IMG/VR virus record: IMGVR_UViG_3300046643_000028
Location: 1 to 62,542 of that record
Length of the DNA: 62,542 nt
Direction: 5' to 3' (one strand)
Source: a virus
Lineage: Duplodnaviria > Caudoviricetes
Below are positions 46,901 to 56,692 of this stretch, piece by piece. The notes below the pieces were generated by a model that was not told where the DNA came from, searched no databases, and saw nothing but the letters and a program-made list of their open reading frames with translations. The position numbers and the translations under genes were made by a program. The number at the start of each line of letters is the position of its first letter. The stretch's first letter is position 1.

Positions 46901-49900
46901 ACGTCGCAGAAAGATGCAGTGGGTAAGGCTGCGCTCGGCACGCTCAACAAGGTGATGGAGCGCGCCCGCCAACTGGCTACTCCGGAAGACCATTACGGCC
47001 TGACGAACATCCACGAGTTCACGGCCGAGTTGAAGACCAATACCGACTTCCAAGCGTTTTTGAAGTCGAAGATGATGGACAACAAATCGCTGTGGACGCG
47101 CACCCTTGACGCGGTTAAAAGGATCATCGGCATCAAGGGCGACCCGACGTTCTTTGAACAGGCCATGGATGCCACGAACTCGCTGCTGCAACCGGGCAAT
47201 GGGCCGAACGATGCAGGCTTCCCGGCACCGCAAGGCTCGACGCTGTACAAGATGTTCAACAAGTCACCGGCCGATGCTGCGAAGGCAACCGATGGCACGT
47301 ACAGCAAGCTCGCAGACCTCGCGGACAACACCGTCGTGCCTGCTATCGACAAGATCAGTCGTATCGCCTACAAAGCGCTCATGGGGTTCAAGACGGTTGA
47401 CTACATCGCGGATCGCGTGCGCGCCGTGGATCAGTTCAGAAAGGCCGGGCTGTCTGCCGCGCTGGACAAGTATCAGTTGACGCATGAGATCAAGCGCGTG
47501 ACGGCGAACGCCATGGAAGCGCCGATGACGACATACGCCAACAAGGTTCAGGACATGATCACCAAAGCCGAGAAGACCGGCAATGGCAAGGGCCGTGAAC
47601 TGAGCGAGAAGTTTGCAACGATTGGTGGCGAAGCATCGCGCGGCGAGTTCGACTTTACCAAAAACTACGCCGACAATGCCAAGACGCGCTCGGGTCTGGA
47701 CCCGAAGAACAAAGCGTACATCGACGACATCCACCGGCAGTTCACGCAGTTGCCTGCCGATGCGCAGAAGATACTCGTGGAAGGTGCGCAACTGAACCGC
47801 AAGACGCTCATCAACACGACCTCGACTGTCGCGCGCAACCTGCTGCAGAACGCTACCGGCAAGCCCGACGCATTGCAGGCAGAACTCGATCGCATCCCGC
47901 TTGGAGACCCGGCTCGTGCGCAGGCAGAAGCCAACCTTCAGAGCGCGAAGAACGCATCATCGTTGGCTGCTCGCTGGATCGATAAGCTCGACATCATGGG
48001 CCAAGGACTGAACGCCGCGAAGAACTCGGACCCGGCGCGCTTCCACGATGGCTCGGACTCGCAGCTTCACGCCAATATCCAAGGCGCGCTCGCGGATGCG
48101 AACAAGACGCTGCCCCAAGGCGACCCGCTGCGCAACTCGCTCGCGGAACTCTCGCGCGTGTACAACGCACAGGAGCAGAACCCGTACTTCTCGCTCGGGC
48201 GCGATGGTGAGTTCTTCGCCAAGGTCGGATTCAAGAACATGGACGCGGCCACGCAGCAGCGTATTCAAGACGCGCTCAAGGGCAGCAACAAGGTCGTAGG
48301 CAATCTCATGGGCGGCGAGGACCACGTGTTCTTCCGCACGGACACCCCCGAGCAAGCCCGCGCGCTGCATGACAAAATCGTGCAGGCGGCTGGAGATAAA
48401 GTCGTCGATGGCTCGGGCGCGTACGGCAAGCTGCTGGACCAGTCCAACGCAAACGCGACGGGTGTACCGAGCGCGATGCGCGATCTGCTGGCCAACCTGC
48501 ACGACACGGTGGACAACGCCAATCTCTCGCCCTCTGCTGCCGCTGCGATGCGCGACACGCTCAGCCGTCAGGTTCTCTCGATGCTCCCGGAGACCAGCAG
48601 TCGTTCGGCCAAGATGAAGCGAGAAGGTGTGCCGGGCTATGACTCGGACTACCTTGGCAACTGGTCGCGCCGCGCAACGGGCGGGGTGCAGGACATCACG
48701 AACGCATACACGCAACGCTCGTTCAGCGATGCAGTGTCGGATATGAAAAAGTCCACGCAGACGCTCGCGCGCCAAGGCGACATTGGCCTGCAGAGCAAGG
48801 CAGTGGATACCGTCAACGAGGTGCTGCAGCGCTACGCCAACAGCCAAAGCAAGCTGGACAATAAGGCGATCAATACGATCAACTCGCTGGGCCACACGTT
48901 CTATCTGGCTGCGTCCCCGGCGTATCTCATACGTACGATGGCTCAGCCGTTCCATCGCGCAGTGCCACTCATTGGCTCGCGCTACGGCATGGTCAACTCG
49001 TCCCGCGCGATTGCTGGCGCGACGGGCGACGCACTGAACATCGTAAAGAATGTGATCGGCGATGGGTTCAAGAATGGTGGCGGGCTGCAGGGCGTCTTGC
49101 GCGCGGACCTCAATGTCGACAAGCTGAATCTGCCGGATAACGAGAAAGCGTTCCTGAAAGAGATGCAGAGCCGTGGCATCCTGAACCTTGGCCAAGCGCA
49201 TCAGCTTCAGAGCATGGCGCTTGGCGGCACGCAACGCCAGCAGAACTTGACCCGCATGGCAGGCATGACGGCCCAGTATTCGGAGATGCTGAATCGGCTC
49301 TCGACAGGGCTGGCTGCATTCCGTCTTGCCGAGAAGGGTACGCAAGGTGTGGATCAAGCAGGCCATACGGCCAACACCGAGTACGCATTGAAGGTCGTCA
49401 ACCGGGCGATGGACAATTTCGATCAGTCCAACACCGCGCGGCAGATCGGCAAGTTCGGCTTCCTCGGCAAAGGCACCCCGCTGCTCACGCAGTTCATGAA
49501 CTACAACTTGCAGACGATGCAGCAGCTTGCGCGGACTGTGCACGATGGCTGGTTCCAGAACGAGCAACGCAAGGTCGTGGCAAACGACCCGGCCGCGCTT
49601 GCCGAACTCAATCAACGCAGCAAGGAAGCCAAGAAAGAGTTTGCCGGACTGTTCGCCACAACCGCCATGATCAGTGGTGGCTTGGGCCTGCCGTTTGCCA
49701 ACACGTTCGCTGGCGTCTACAACACACTGACCAACGATGACCAAGACCCGCAAGACATTCGTATCTCGGCTCAGAACCACCTTGATGCCTTGTTTGGTCA
49801 CACTCTTGGCGGCGTTGTGGCTCATGGTATTCCTCACGCTCTTGGATTCGACTCGTCAACCTTCGGGCTGGAAAATCTGCTCCCCGGTTCTGACTTTCTT

Positions 49901-50530
49901 GCATCGCGGTCTTTGCTTAAAGACAGGCTCAGCGAGCAGTCCACGGCAATGCTCGGACCGGCCCTTAACGCTGGGATCGGACTACTTCAAGGTGCTGATA
50001 AGTTCTCCGATGGCTACTATGCCAAGGGCATCGAAGCGATGCTCCCTTCGGGTCTGAAGCCGTACTTCAAGGCGGCTGAACTGGCGACGCATGGTTACAC
50101 CGACGCCAAGGGCAATCCGATCGGTATCGACGCCAATGCATGGGATGTGGGCTTGCAAGCGGTCGGCTTCAACTCGGCCAAGCGCGCTAATCAGATGGAG
50201 CTTTCACAGTTCAACGCGGCGCGCCAAGCCCGGCTCGAATACGCACGCAACATGGTCGGGGATAAATTTTATAAGGGCGTTACCAACCAAGACCCGGCTG
50301 AAATTCAGGCGGCGGCTGAAAGCCTGCAGAGCTTTAACCGCAGTAACCCGACCGCGCCGATCCGCGACGTGGAGGGCGGTATCCGGCAGAAGATCACTGC
50401 GCTGGCGCTCGGGCGCGCATCCGGCACCGGGGTATCGGTCAATAAAGCCGGGTTCCCGATGCTCAACCAGTACGGGGCGTTCGCTGTGGACCCTGACACC
50501 GTGGCTAATGCGGCTATGCCCCGGCGCTGA
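43937..50530 (+). CDS. Giant internal virion protein with zincin-like HExxH and PLxRFG-like region
   Basis: 2197 aa; Gly/Ala hydrophobic N-terminus; VLHEFTH...HEFTAE; PYFSLGRDG. Confidence 0.75.
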   Translation: MAATPTFDPNTATLAPGQFNPDTAVPVASAPAAAAPANSGVTEVGKGFLRGALVDLPSMVGKAAQYAGGSFGSQGLSDFGQGVAQSAEERGKSDALTLRPDQHSGLVNNLAAGAGMIAPGLAIPVAAGVAALAAPEALAGGLATAGLVAGGVVGGAAAGQDTLDQAKASGASPQAANTAAALNFGINTAAQVIGGKIGGKILGVASGALGQQAAADGSKLLPGIMNDLTGAAPYQGFGSTLLKGTAEAAGVNAAAAAGTAGVNSVTGVDQDADPIKAAMASLGPSLGMSAVLAPAGLAGRALAARSAQTRTSVLASEHAPEEVRNQLADQYAQSIAKSGTPEAVAAAATFRKNASEAIGSKLPLQVDPGLFLADAVKAPVDENGQRGLPLGDTPVPTAENAPLPTNVPVARDLFGNPVSTEQPTPQGEQVAEQANLPLTPPAGGDLFGDLPPNATPEQQSLFQEAPWAFPKSTAPDVSPTPDLFDTAAAQDAAAARRLPVPVDAEPAPASIVVGTDGVARTPEQVAAQAAEQRTLGNDLRNKQTPPELATPEEIAANVPAVDPNATKARSDITNDLQAVNEANSFSNRKQDNARVEKALDTLGIDKQPDHNAQIDALDAHLNDPDAKLGQATRDKLQALSDKWHADRGDMPPAADPVAEANVPTPEAAPAANEAVAPAPVPVDPQAVTQAATEIAKEAVPVAEPAAEPARPTTQAEAQAAKPVDTTTVEPKLPPLDVPAADARRNRIQELQQAIRDGKGLDAVPSPEVRALGDNLPASRQQQAIDMIDKLNAAKIELNQQKRAGKTLSPLEQERLEDIDAHRSGLSEVANGTASPDQGDFALQNAQSALKPYTESLRKYAAADPNDVNVHIFDKPPGQSSLDGMHNVNDGAQVLKNIFESGSTQDVKDYAKQLLDLGIDNKVINTQEPEEAFLRNVDGQGTGAAGAYFPDTGTIRIYQGGETESTVLHEFTHAALYHRIEALSAMDKPTSQKDAVGKAALGTLNKVMERARQLATPEDHYGLTNIHEFTAELKTNTDFQAFLKSKMMDNKSLWTRTLDAVKRIIGIKGDPTFFEQAMDATNSLLQPGNGPNDAGFPAPQGSTLYKMFNKSPADAAKATDGTYSKLADLADNTVVPAIDKISRIAYKALMGFKTVDYIADRVRAVDQFRKAGLSAALDKYQLTHEIKRVTANAMEAPMTTYANKVQDMITKAEKTGNGKGRELSEKFATIGGEASRGEFDFTKNYADNAKTRSGLDPKNKAYIDDIHRQFTQLPADAQKILVEGAQLNRKTLINTTSTVARNLLQNATGKPDALQAELDRIPLGDPARAQAEANLQSAKNASSLAARWIDKLDIMGQGLNAAKNSDPARFHDGSDSQLHANIQGALADANKTLPQGDPLRNSLAELSRVYNAQEQNPYFSLGRDGEFFAKVGFKNMDAATQQRIQDALKGSNKVVGNLMGGEDHVFFRTDTPEQARALHDKIVQAAGDKVVDGSGAYGKLLDQSNANATGVPSAMRDLLANLHDTVDNANLSPSAAAAMRDTLSRQVLSMLPETSSRSAKMKREGVPGYDSDYLGNWSRRATGGVQDITNAYTQRSFSDAVSDMKKSTQTLARQGDIGLQSKAVDTVNEVLQRYANSQSKLDNKAINTINSLGHTFYLAASPAYLIRTMAQPFHRAVPLIGSRYGMVNSSRAIAGATGDALNIVKNVIGDGFKNGGGLQGVLRADLNVDKLNLPDNEKAFLKEMQSRGILNLGQAHQLQSMALGGTQRQQNLTRMAGMTAQYSEMLNRLSTGLAAFRLAEKGTQGVDQAGHTANTEYALKVVNRAMDNFDQSNTARQIGKFGFLGKGTPLLTQFMNYNLQTMQQLARTVHDGWFQNEQRKVVANDPAALAELNQRSKEAKKEFAGLFATTAMISGGLGLPFANTFAGVYNTLTNDDQDPQDIRISAQNHLDALFGHTLGGVVAHGIPHALGFDSSTFGLENLLPGSDFLASRSLLKDRLSEQSTAMLGPALNAGIGLLQGADKFSDGYYAKGIEAMLPSGLKPYFKAAELATHGYTDAKGNPIGIDANAWDVGLQAVGFNSAKRANQMELSQFNAARQARLEYARNMVGDKFYKGVTNQDPAEIQAAAESLQSFNRSNPTAPIRDVEGGIRQKITALALGRASGTGVSVNKAGFPMLNQYGAFAVDPDTVANAAMPRR

Positions 50531-50565
50531 TTGATAGTAAACTTCGATAAATTTTAGGGGTCGTC

Positions 50566-51150
50566 ATGGGCTGCTGCGCCGAACGTAAGGATTTCTGCAT
50601 ACCTGCCGGGGCCACGTTCGCCCCGGTCGTGCGCTGGGGCATGAGCCTGCTGGCCGCCAAGCCGATCACGGCGATTGCCGCCCTTACCCCCGTGAGCATC
50701 ACCGCAGTGGGCCATGGAGCGCCGCAGGGCTGGCCGGTGGCCGTGGTGGGTGCCCAAGGCATGTACCAGATGAACGCGAGCCGCTATCCGCCCCTGCCGA
50801 GCGATATGCACTATGCGACGGTGGTGGACGCCAACACGATCGCCCTCAACGATGTATCAGCCGACAACTTCTCCCCGTACACTTCTGGCGGGGAGTTGGT
50901 GTATCAGACCCCGGTTCCGCTGGCAGGTGTTACGGCCACGATGTCGTTCTACGACGACCCGGAGATGGATGATACGCCGCTCCTGACGCTGACATCTGGC
51001 TCGGACATTTCGATCGATGCTGTGAATTGCACGATCATCCCCCTGCTGCAGACGGTAGGGCTTCTCTGGACTTCAGCGTTTTACAAGCTGGAGTGCAATC
51101 AGGCAGGTGTCATCACCCGGGTGCTGCAAGGCATCCTCACGTTGGAGTAA
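50566..51150 (+). CDS. Tail-associated structural protein
   Basis: GATF...ITAVGHG..GWPV.V...GM..MN. Confidence 0.6.
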   Translation: MGCCAERKDFCIPAGATFAPVVRWGMSLLAAKPITAIAALTPVSITAVGHGAPQGWPVAVVGAQGMYQMNASRYPPLPSDMHYATVVDANTIALNDVSADNFSPYTSGGELVYQTPVPLAGVTATMSFYDDPEMDDTPLLTLTSGSDISIDAVNCTIIPLLQTVGLLWTSAFYKLECNQAGVITRVLQGILTLE

Positions 51151-51153
51151 GCC

Positions 51154-51426
51154 ATGTTGCCATTGAAACAACTCGGGACGCCTGTGACGCTCGTAGCGAA
51201 CGCGGCAGGTGTGGCAGAGACAGCGGATGCTGGGACGTTGTTGATCATCAATGCTACGGCTGCGGTGGTGAACTTTCAGGCCCAGACCACGAACGCCGTG
51301 GCAACAGCCAACGGCATGCCGATCCCGCCGAACAGTTCGATCCTCTTTGATATCTCGGAGACGGCGGCCTTCTGGGCTGCGACCGGGGTTGTTACCGTCG
51401 TACCTGTAGAAGTTCAACACCTGTAA
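51154..51426 (+). CDS. Small beta-rich structural protein
   Basis: 90 aa; GGAG RBS. Confidence 0.55.
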   Translation: MLPLKQLGTPVTLVANAAGVAETADAGTLLIINATAAVVNFQAQTTNAVATANGMPIPPNSSILFDISETAAFWAATGVVTVVPVEVQHL

Positions 51427-51463
51427 CCCCGGAGCCAACCCCCCACACCCGCAGGAGCATCAC

Positions 51464-51700
51464 ATGCATGAGCATATCGAGCCGGAGATGTTGATTGATG
51501 TAGCTTTGCCCGGCGCAACAGAGATCACCCGCATGCGCAAGATGGACCTTTTGCAACTGCAAGGTGGTTTCGAAAACGATCGTGAGATCGTTCAGTGGGT
51601 CCAGTATCACCTACCAGCATGCGGCTCTATGGTTCACCGTAGCGCTCACGTCCACCTGAAGGAAGGCATCTTTATCGGTGCCGCGATTGGAGAAGAGTAA
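51464..51700 (+). CDS. Hypothetical protein
   Basis: ENDRE...W..Y...VHRSAHV.LK; AGGAG RBS. Confidence 0.6.
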   Translation: MHEHIEPEMLIDVALPGATEITRMRKMDLLQLQGGFENDREIVQWVQYHLPACGSMVHRSAHVHLKEGIFIGAAIGEE

Positions 51701-52185
51701 TGGCTAATACACAGGCGATGTGCCAGTCGTTCCTGAGCGATCTGTTGAACGCGACACATGCTTTCGGTGCGTCGCCTGCAGCGGCTCGGGCATCTGGCGC
51801 TAAAGACACGTTCAACATGGCATTGTATCTGCAGTCCGCAACGGTCAACGCGCAAACTGCCGCGTACTCGGCTACCGGGGAAGTGACCGGAACAGGCTAT
51901 ACGGCTGGTGGTGTGGCACTCACGAATGCAACTGCCCCGGCAAATACGGGCGGTGGCGTGGCGACCGGCAACACGGGGTATTGGACGCCGAGCGCATCTG
52001 CTCAGTGGACCGGCCTCACAGTCGCATCTCTGTTCGATACGGCGCTGCTGTATAACGCGACTGCCGCAGGCAAGAACGCGGTGTCGGTACATACCTTCAC
52101 GGCGCAGACGATCTCGGCAGGCACGTTGACGTTGACGATGCCGACCAACGCAGCGGCCACAGCATTGATCCAACTCGGGACGTAA
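51700..52185 (+). CDS. Tail structural protein
   Basis: QAMCQSF...ALY...T.AYS.TGEVTGTGYTAGG. Confidence 0.7.
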   Translation: MANTQAMCQSFLSDLLNATHAFGASPAAARASGAKDTFNMALYLQSATVNAQTAAYSATGEVTGTGYTAGGVALTNATAPANTGGGVATGNTGYWTPSASAQWTGLTVASLFDTALLYNATAAGKNAVSVHTFTAQTISAGTLTLTMPTNAAATALIQLGT

Positions 52186-52187
52186 TC

Positions 52188-54323
52188 ATGGCCCAGAAGA
52201 TACTGGATAGAGTCAAGGAAACAACTACCACGACAGGTACCGGGGCTATCACGCTCGCAGGCGCCGCGACGGGGTTTATGTCGTTCTCCTCCGGGATGTC
52301 TGTCGGTGACACCATCTGGTACGCGCTGCAAGGCGTAGACTCTTCTGGGCTTCCCACAGCCGTATGGGAAGTAGGCATCGGCACATACAGTGCGGCTAAC
52401 ACACTGACGCGAACGACGATCCTTGCGTCTAGCAACGCTGGCGCAGCAGTTACGCTTGCAGGCACAACGCAGGTGTGGGGCGATATTCCTGCATCTAAAT
52501 TTAACCTCGCCAACCTTTTCGACGTGGCGCTCGCGGCTCTGGTCGATACAAACTTTTTGATCTCTCTGGCGGGCAAGTGGGTCAATGCGAACATGCGGCT
52601 CGGGCCTGCTGCGTTTGTGCCGGTGACAGCATATGCATTTGACCCATCCTCGATCACGAATACCGTTACGCTGTCTAATAGCAATAAGACAGCCACGTTC
52701 GCACCGACCAGCAATGCGGCTGTAGCCAGCACGCAGGCGATCGTATCTGCGCCGACATACTGGGAAGTGACGTGGGTGTCCGGCGCAGGGTCGACCCTCA
52801 CAACGATTGGCTTCATGCCCGGCCCGATCACGGCTGGAAGTGTCACGGCAAACCCCGGCGTGAACTACCCTAACAGCGCGGGCATCACGATTCCGGGCGG
52901 TATTCTCAATTACAGAAACACGTTCCCGACAAGCGGATCGACGATCACAGGCATTGTGAATGGCTCGGTGATTGGCATCGCGTTCGACCCCGTGTCTACC
53001 AAAGTGTGGTTCCGCGTCGGCAACGGGCAGTGGAATAATGATGTCCTCGCCAACCAGAACCCGGCAACGGGCGTAGGGGGGTATGTCGTCGGAGCAGGTG
53101 GCTCACAGTCGCCGATCGTCACGAGCGATGTGAACGGAGTCTTCATCTACAACTCGGGCGATACGGCGTTTGCTAACGCGGCGCCTGCCGGATTCAATGC
53201 TGCACCGGTTGTAGCTCCGGTCGTGAACCCGGGCGACGTAGCAATTTCAGGCCCGTTGGCAGGCGATGGGCTGCAGTTCAACGGCACCAACTGGGTGAAT
53301 GGGCAAGCGCTCCCTAGTGGCAGTCGCAATGGCTTCGTAGACGGGTGCCATGATAGCTGGCAGAACGTCCTCACCGGCGCCCTTTCAGCGGGAGGCGGGT
53401 ACACGCAAGATATATGGGGCGGCAGTTGTGGTACGGGTGGGGCAGGCACGTGGAGCCGACAATCATATCCCTTCGGCTCTGCCAACGTATCTAACTGCTC
53501 CCGGCCGCCTCGCTTTTTTTATCGGCATGCGCAGACGACCGCAGGCACCACTGCGCCACTGCTATTTCATAACATCGAGAACGCCGACAAATATGCAGGC
53601 AAGAGTGTCACGGTGTCGTATTGCCTGAAAGCTTCAGCCGCGATGACGATCACCGGGATCAACGCACTGCAGGTATTTGGCTCGGGGGGGTCGCCATCGG
53701 CCAGTGTCACAACCAGCAAGACGCTTAGCTGGGCAATCACTACTACTGAACAGCGATTCAGTGTGCGTTTAGACATCCCCAGCGTGTCAGGTAAGACACT
53801 CGGCACGACGCCTTACACCGATTTTTTCCAGATCGCGCTGCAGCTTCCGATCGGCAGCACATTTACGCTTGATATTGGCCCCTGCCAAATCGAGTTGTGT
53901 AGCCCGAACGCATCGAGTTCCATTACTGGCACAGGCGGCTACCCAACACCCCAAGAGTATCTGGGTGAAGAACTGGAGTGGGGCCGCATCGAACGCTTGT
54001 ACCAGACGTGGTTCGCGGTCGCAGCCAATGACGCATTGATGCCCGGCCAAGTGGCGGGGGGCGGAGTCGCGTGCTGGGGCATCATGAAGCTGAAGCGCCG
54101 CATGCGGAAACCTCCGAATATGGGGTTTGCCCCTGCCAACTTCATCGTTGGATGCCAAGGCGTGGCGTTTCCGGTGCCATCGGCTATGTCAGGCACAGCA
54201 AGCTGGGATTCGGTCTATGTGAATGCCACGGTCCCAGCTAGTTCGCTCGTGGCAGGCATGGCGGTCGGTTTCCTCATGGCAACTACAGCATCGATCTCTG
54301 CTGCGGCCGACGCGAGGTATTAA
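52188..54323 (+). CDS. Tail fibre/receptor-binding protein with SPRY-like and carbohydrate-binding-like domains
   Basis: DRVKETTTTTGTG N-terminus; TLSNSNKTAT...YWEV...VIGIAFD...VWFR; EL...ERLYQ. Confidence 0.75.
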   Translation: MAQKILDRVKETTTTTGTGAITLAGAATGFMSFSSGMSVGDTIWYALQGVDSSGLPTAVWEVGIGTYSAANTLTRTTILASSNAGAAVTLAGTTQVWGDIPASKFNLANLFDVALAALVDTNFLISLAGKWVNANMRLGPAAFVPVTAYAFDPSSITNTVTLSNSNKTATFAPTSNAAVASTQAIVSAPTYWEVTWVSGAGSTLTTIGFMPGPITAGSVTANPGVNYPNSAGITIPGGILNYRNTFPTSGSTITGIVNGSVIGIAFDPVSTKVWFRVGNGQWNNDVLANQNPATGVGGYVVGAGGSQSPIVTSDVNGVFIYNSGDTAFANAAPAGFNAAPVVAPVVNPGDVAISGPLAGDGLQFNGTNWVNGQALPSGSRNGFVDGCHDSWQNVLTGALSAGGGYTQDIWGGSCGTGGAGTWSRQSYPFGSANVSNCSRPPRFFYRHAQTTAGTTAPLLFHNIENADKYAGKSVTVSYCLKASAAMTITGINALQVFGSGGSPSASVTTSKTLSWAITTTEQRFSVRLDIPSVSGKTLGTTPYTDFFQIALQLPIGSTFTLDIGPCQIELCSPNASSSITGTGGYPTPQEYLGEELEWGRIERLYQTWFAVAANDALMPGQVAGGGVACWGIMKLKRRMRKPPNMGFAPANFIVGCQGVAFPVPSAMSGTASWDSVYVNATVPASSLVAGMAVGFLMATTASISAAADARY

Positions 54324-54326
54324 GAC

Positions 54327-55451
54327 ATGCTCGGCTTCGGGGCAATCAGCGAACTGCCAGTATCCTCGCAACGTGCTCCGGCCGGAGCGGGTAATGTCAC
54401 GCTTGCCCTCACCGGCAATCGCGCCGCTGGCCGTGTAGGTTCGCTTACCGCATCCCAAGCCAGTACGAAGGCGCTGACCGGAGTTCATGGTTCTGGCCGT
54501 GTCGGCACCGTCGCCGCTTCGAGCGCGCTCACTGTTGTCCTGACAGGTGTTCATGGCTCGGGCCACGTCGGCTCGATCCTTACCTCGCAAGCCATCACGC
54601 GAGCACTGACCGGGGTCCATGGTTCGGGCCACGTCGGCACCGTTGTGGCTACCTCGGGTGTAGTGGTAGCGCTGGCCGGTGTCCATGGTTCGGGCTACGT
54701 CGGTACGCTCGCCAAGTCCACGGCATTCACAGGCGCACTTACGGGGCTGAAGGCTACTGGCCATGTCGGCACGCTGTCGGCTACGTCCGGGCTGGCGGTC
54801 GCGCTCACAGGCGTTCATGGCTCGGGCCACGTCGGCGCGCTTACTACGTCGCAGGCAGTCACACGCGCACTGGCCGGGGTCCATGGCTCGGGCCGCGTCG
54901 GTAGCGTCGTGCCGGGCACGGCTGTGGCACTCCCCCTGACGGGTGTTCATGGCTCGGGCCACGTCGGTGCATTGGCTTCCTCACAAGCAGTCATCAAGGC
55001 GCTATCGGGGGTATTGGCCACAGGACATATCGGTAATGTCACGTACAGCGGCTCCGTCACCAAGGCTCTGACGGGCGTAGCGGCCACAGGGCGGGCTGGT
55101 GCCGTCTCACCTTCACTCGCGTACAGCGCGGCACTATCCGGCGTCAAGGCGACCGGCCGCGTGGCTTATCTGATCCAGCAGAAGGCTGGGCAACTGATCG
55201 GCAATTTCGCTCGCGCTCGGGTGGGCAGTCTGACGGTGACGGTATCTGGTTCGCAAGCGCTGACAGGAAATCGGGCAAGCGTCAAGGCGGGGCGGTTGTC
55301 TCTTGGCCCACTTGGTGGGACGCCCGTATTTGTTACCTCGCAAACGCTAAACGTCATGTCGGCTCAGGGACCGATTAATGCTTATGTTCAGGAGAAAGCA
55401 ATTCAGGTTTCATGTAAACTCTCGCCTAACTCAGCAGAATCAATTAATTAG
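54327..55451 (+). CDS. Tail-fibre-associated protein with ~22-aa repeats
   Basis: MLGFGAISELP then repeated ALTGVHGSGHVG units. Confidence 0.7.
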   Translation: MLGFGAISELPVSSQRAPAGAGNVTLALTGNRAAGRVGSLTASQASTKALTGVHGSGRVGTVAASSALTVVLTGVHGSGHVGSILTSQAITRALTGVHGSGHVGTVVATSGVVVALAGVHGSGYVGTLAKSTAFTGALTGLKATGHVGTLSATSGLAVALTGVHGSGHVGALTTSQAVTRALAGVHGSGRVGSVVPGTAVALPLTGVHGSGHVGALASSQAVIKALSGVLATGHIGNVTYSGSVTKALTGVAATGRAGAVSPSLAYSAALSGVKATGRVAYLIQQKAGQLIGNFARARVGSLTVTVSGSQALTGNRASVKAGRLSLGPLGGTPVFVTSQTLNVMSAQGPINAYVQEKAIQVSCKLSPNSAESIN

Positions 55452-55459
55452 GAGGTTAA

Positions 55460-55849
55460 ATGTCCGTCGAGATTGTTGCCGTACTCGTGGCATTCGGCCT
55501 CGCCGTGGTAGCTGGACTGATCGCATGGCTGTCCAAGGGGCTGATCAACAACCTCACACGCAGCGCCATGGACGCCATGAAAAAGGCCCATGAGATCGAG
55601 GTGCAACTCCTTGAGTTCAAAGCCAAGTCGGCCAATGACTTGCGTATCGTCGAGGTAGCGTTTCTGGATTACAAAATCTACGTGAGCAACGAGCACGTGC
55701 GGCGTGGAGACCACACCGCGATCCTGAGTGAAATTTTCAGGAAAATAGAAACGATTGACGATAAACTAGACACCAAGATGGATCGGCTCGAACAGCGACT
55801 CAACGAAAAGCAGGACAAGGAAAACCGCCGCAACACAGACCCAAGGTGA
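55460..55849 (+). CDS. Single-TM coiled-coil lysis-region protein (holin/antiholin-like)
   Basis: N-terminal TM helix; overlaps endolysin start. Confidence 0.55.
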   Translation: MSVEIVAVLVAFGLAVVAGLIAWLSKGLINNLTRSAMDAMKKAHEIEVQLLEFKAKSANDLRIVEVAFLDYKIYVSNEHVRRGDHTAILSEIFRKIETIDDKLDTKMDRLEQRLNEKQDKENRRNTDPR

Positions 55850-56379
55850 ACCTCATGAGCGCCAGATTCGACTACTGCATGGACATCGTGTTTGGCAATG
55901 AAGGGGGCGTATCCAACGACCCGAACGACAACGGCGGCTTGACCAACCTCGGCGTCACCCAGACTTCCTACGACTCGTACCGGCGCAAGATGGGCCTGCC
56001 GCTACAGCCAGTCACCTACTGCACCAAAGCTGAAGCCTCCGATCTGTATGCACAGTTCTACTGGGCTACGATATATGGCGACAAGATGCCTGTCCCAGTC
56101 GATCTCTGCATGTTCGATACCTCGGTGAACTCTGGCCCGGGGCGCTCGATGATGATCCTGCAGCAAGCCATGAGCATCACAGCCGATGGCGTCTATGGCC
56201 CGGCCACGGCCGCGCGCATCTCGATGTTCCCGCCCACGCAGCTTGCTGGCCTGCACTGCGACGCACGCGAGTTGTACGTCCGGGGTATCGTGGAGAACAA
56301 CGCAACACAGGCGAAGTTTCTGAATGGCTGGTTGAATCGTATCAACCACATCCGCGCGCTGTGCCAAGTCACGGATTGA
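55846..56379 (+). CDS. Endolysin, glycoside hydrolase family 108 with peptidoglycan-binding domain
   Basis: EGG..NDP.D.GG.TN.GVT, FDTSVNSG, ADGVYGPAT, F..GWLNR. Confidence 0.9.
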   Translation: MNLMSARFDYCMDIVFGNEGGVSNDPNDNGGLTNLGVTQTSYDSYRRKMGLPLQPVTYCTKAEASDLYAQFYWATIYGDKMPVPVDLCMFDTSVNSGPGRSMMILQQAMSITADGVYGPATAARISMFPPTQLAGLHCDARELYVRGIVENNATQAKFLNGWLNRINHIRALCQVTD

Positions 56380-56395
56380 ATGGGCGGATAAGACC

Positions 56396-56692
56396 ATGTG
56401 GAAGACACTCGGCAAGATCATCAAGGATAGCGTCACCGAGAACGACGGCCATTCGTTCGACATCGTGCGCATCTCGGGCGCGCTTCTGGTCACGTCCGGC
56501 GTGCCAACCTTCATCTGGGGAACGATCTACACGACGCTCCATGAAGGCCACATGAATTTCGAAGGTTTTGCCACAGCGTTTGGTGGCATGTGTGCCGGTG
56601 TATTGGCACTCGCAGGCGGCGTATCGGTCAAGCAACGTTCTGACCAAATCGGGAACCCCCAATCACCCACACCCCCCACAGGCACTCCATGA
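56396..56692 (+). CDS. Probable holin (2 TM)
   Basis: Two hydrophobic helices; between endolysin and spanin. Confidence 0.6.
   Translation: MWKTLGKIIKDSVTENDGHSFDIVRISGALLVTSGVPTFIWGTIYTTLHEGHMNFEGFATAFGGMCAGVLALAGGVSVKQRSDQIGNPQSPTPPTGTP

Noticed and set aside
52188-54323. Diversity-generating retroelement acting on the tail fibre
   Set aside because: No reverse transcriptase and no template/variable repeat pair seen
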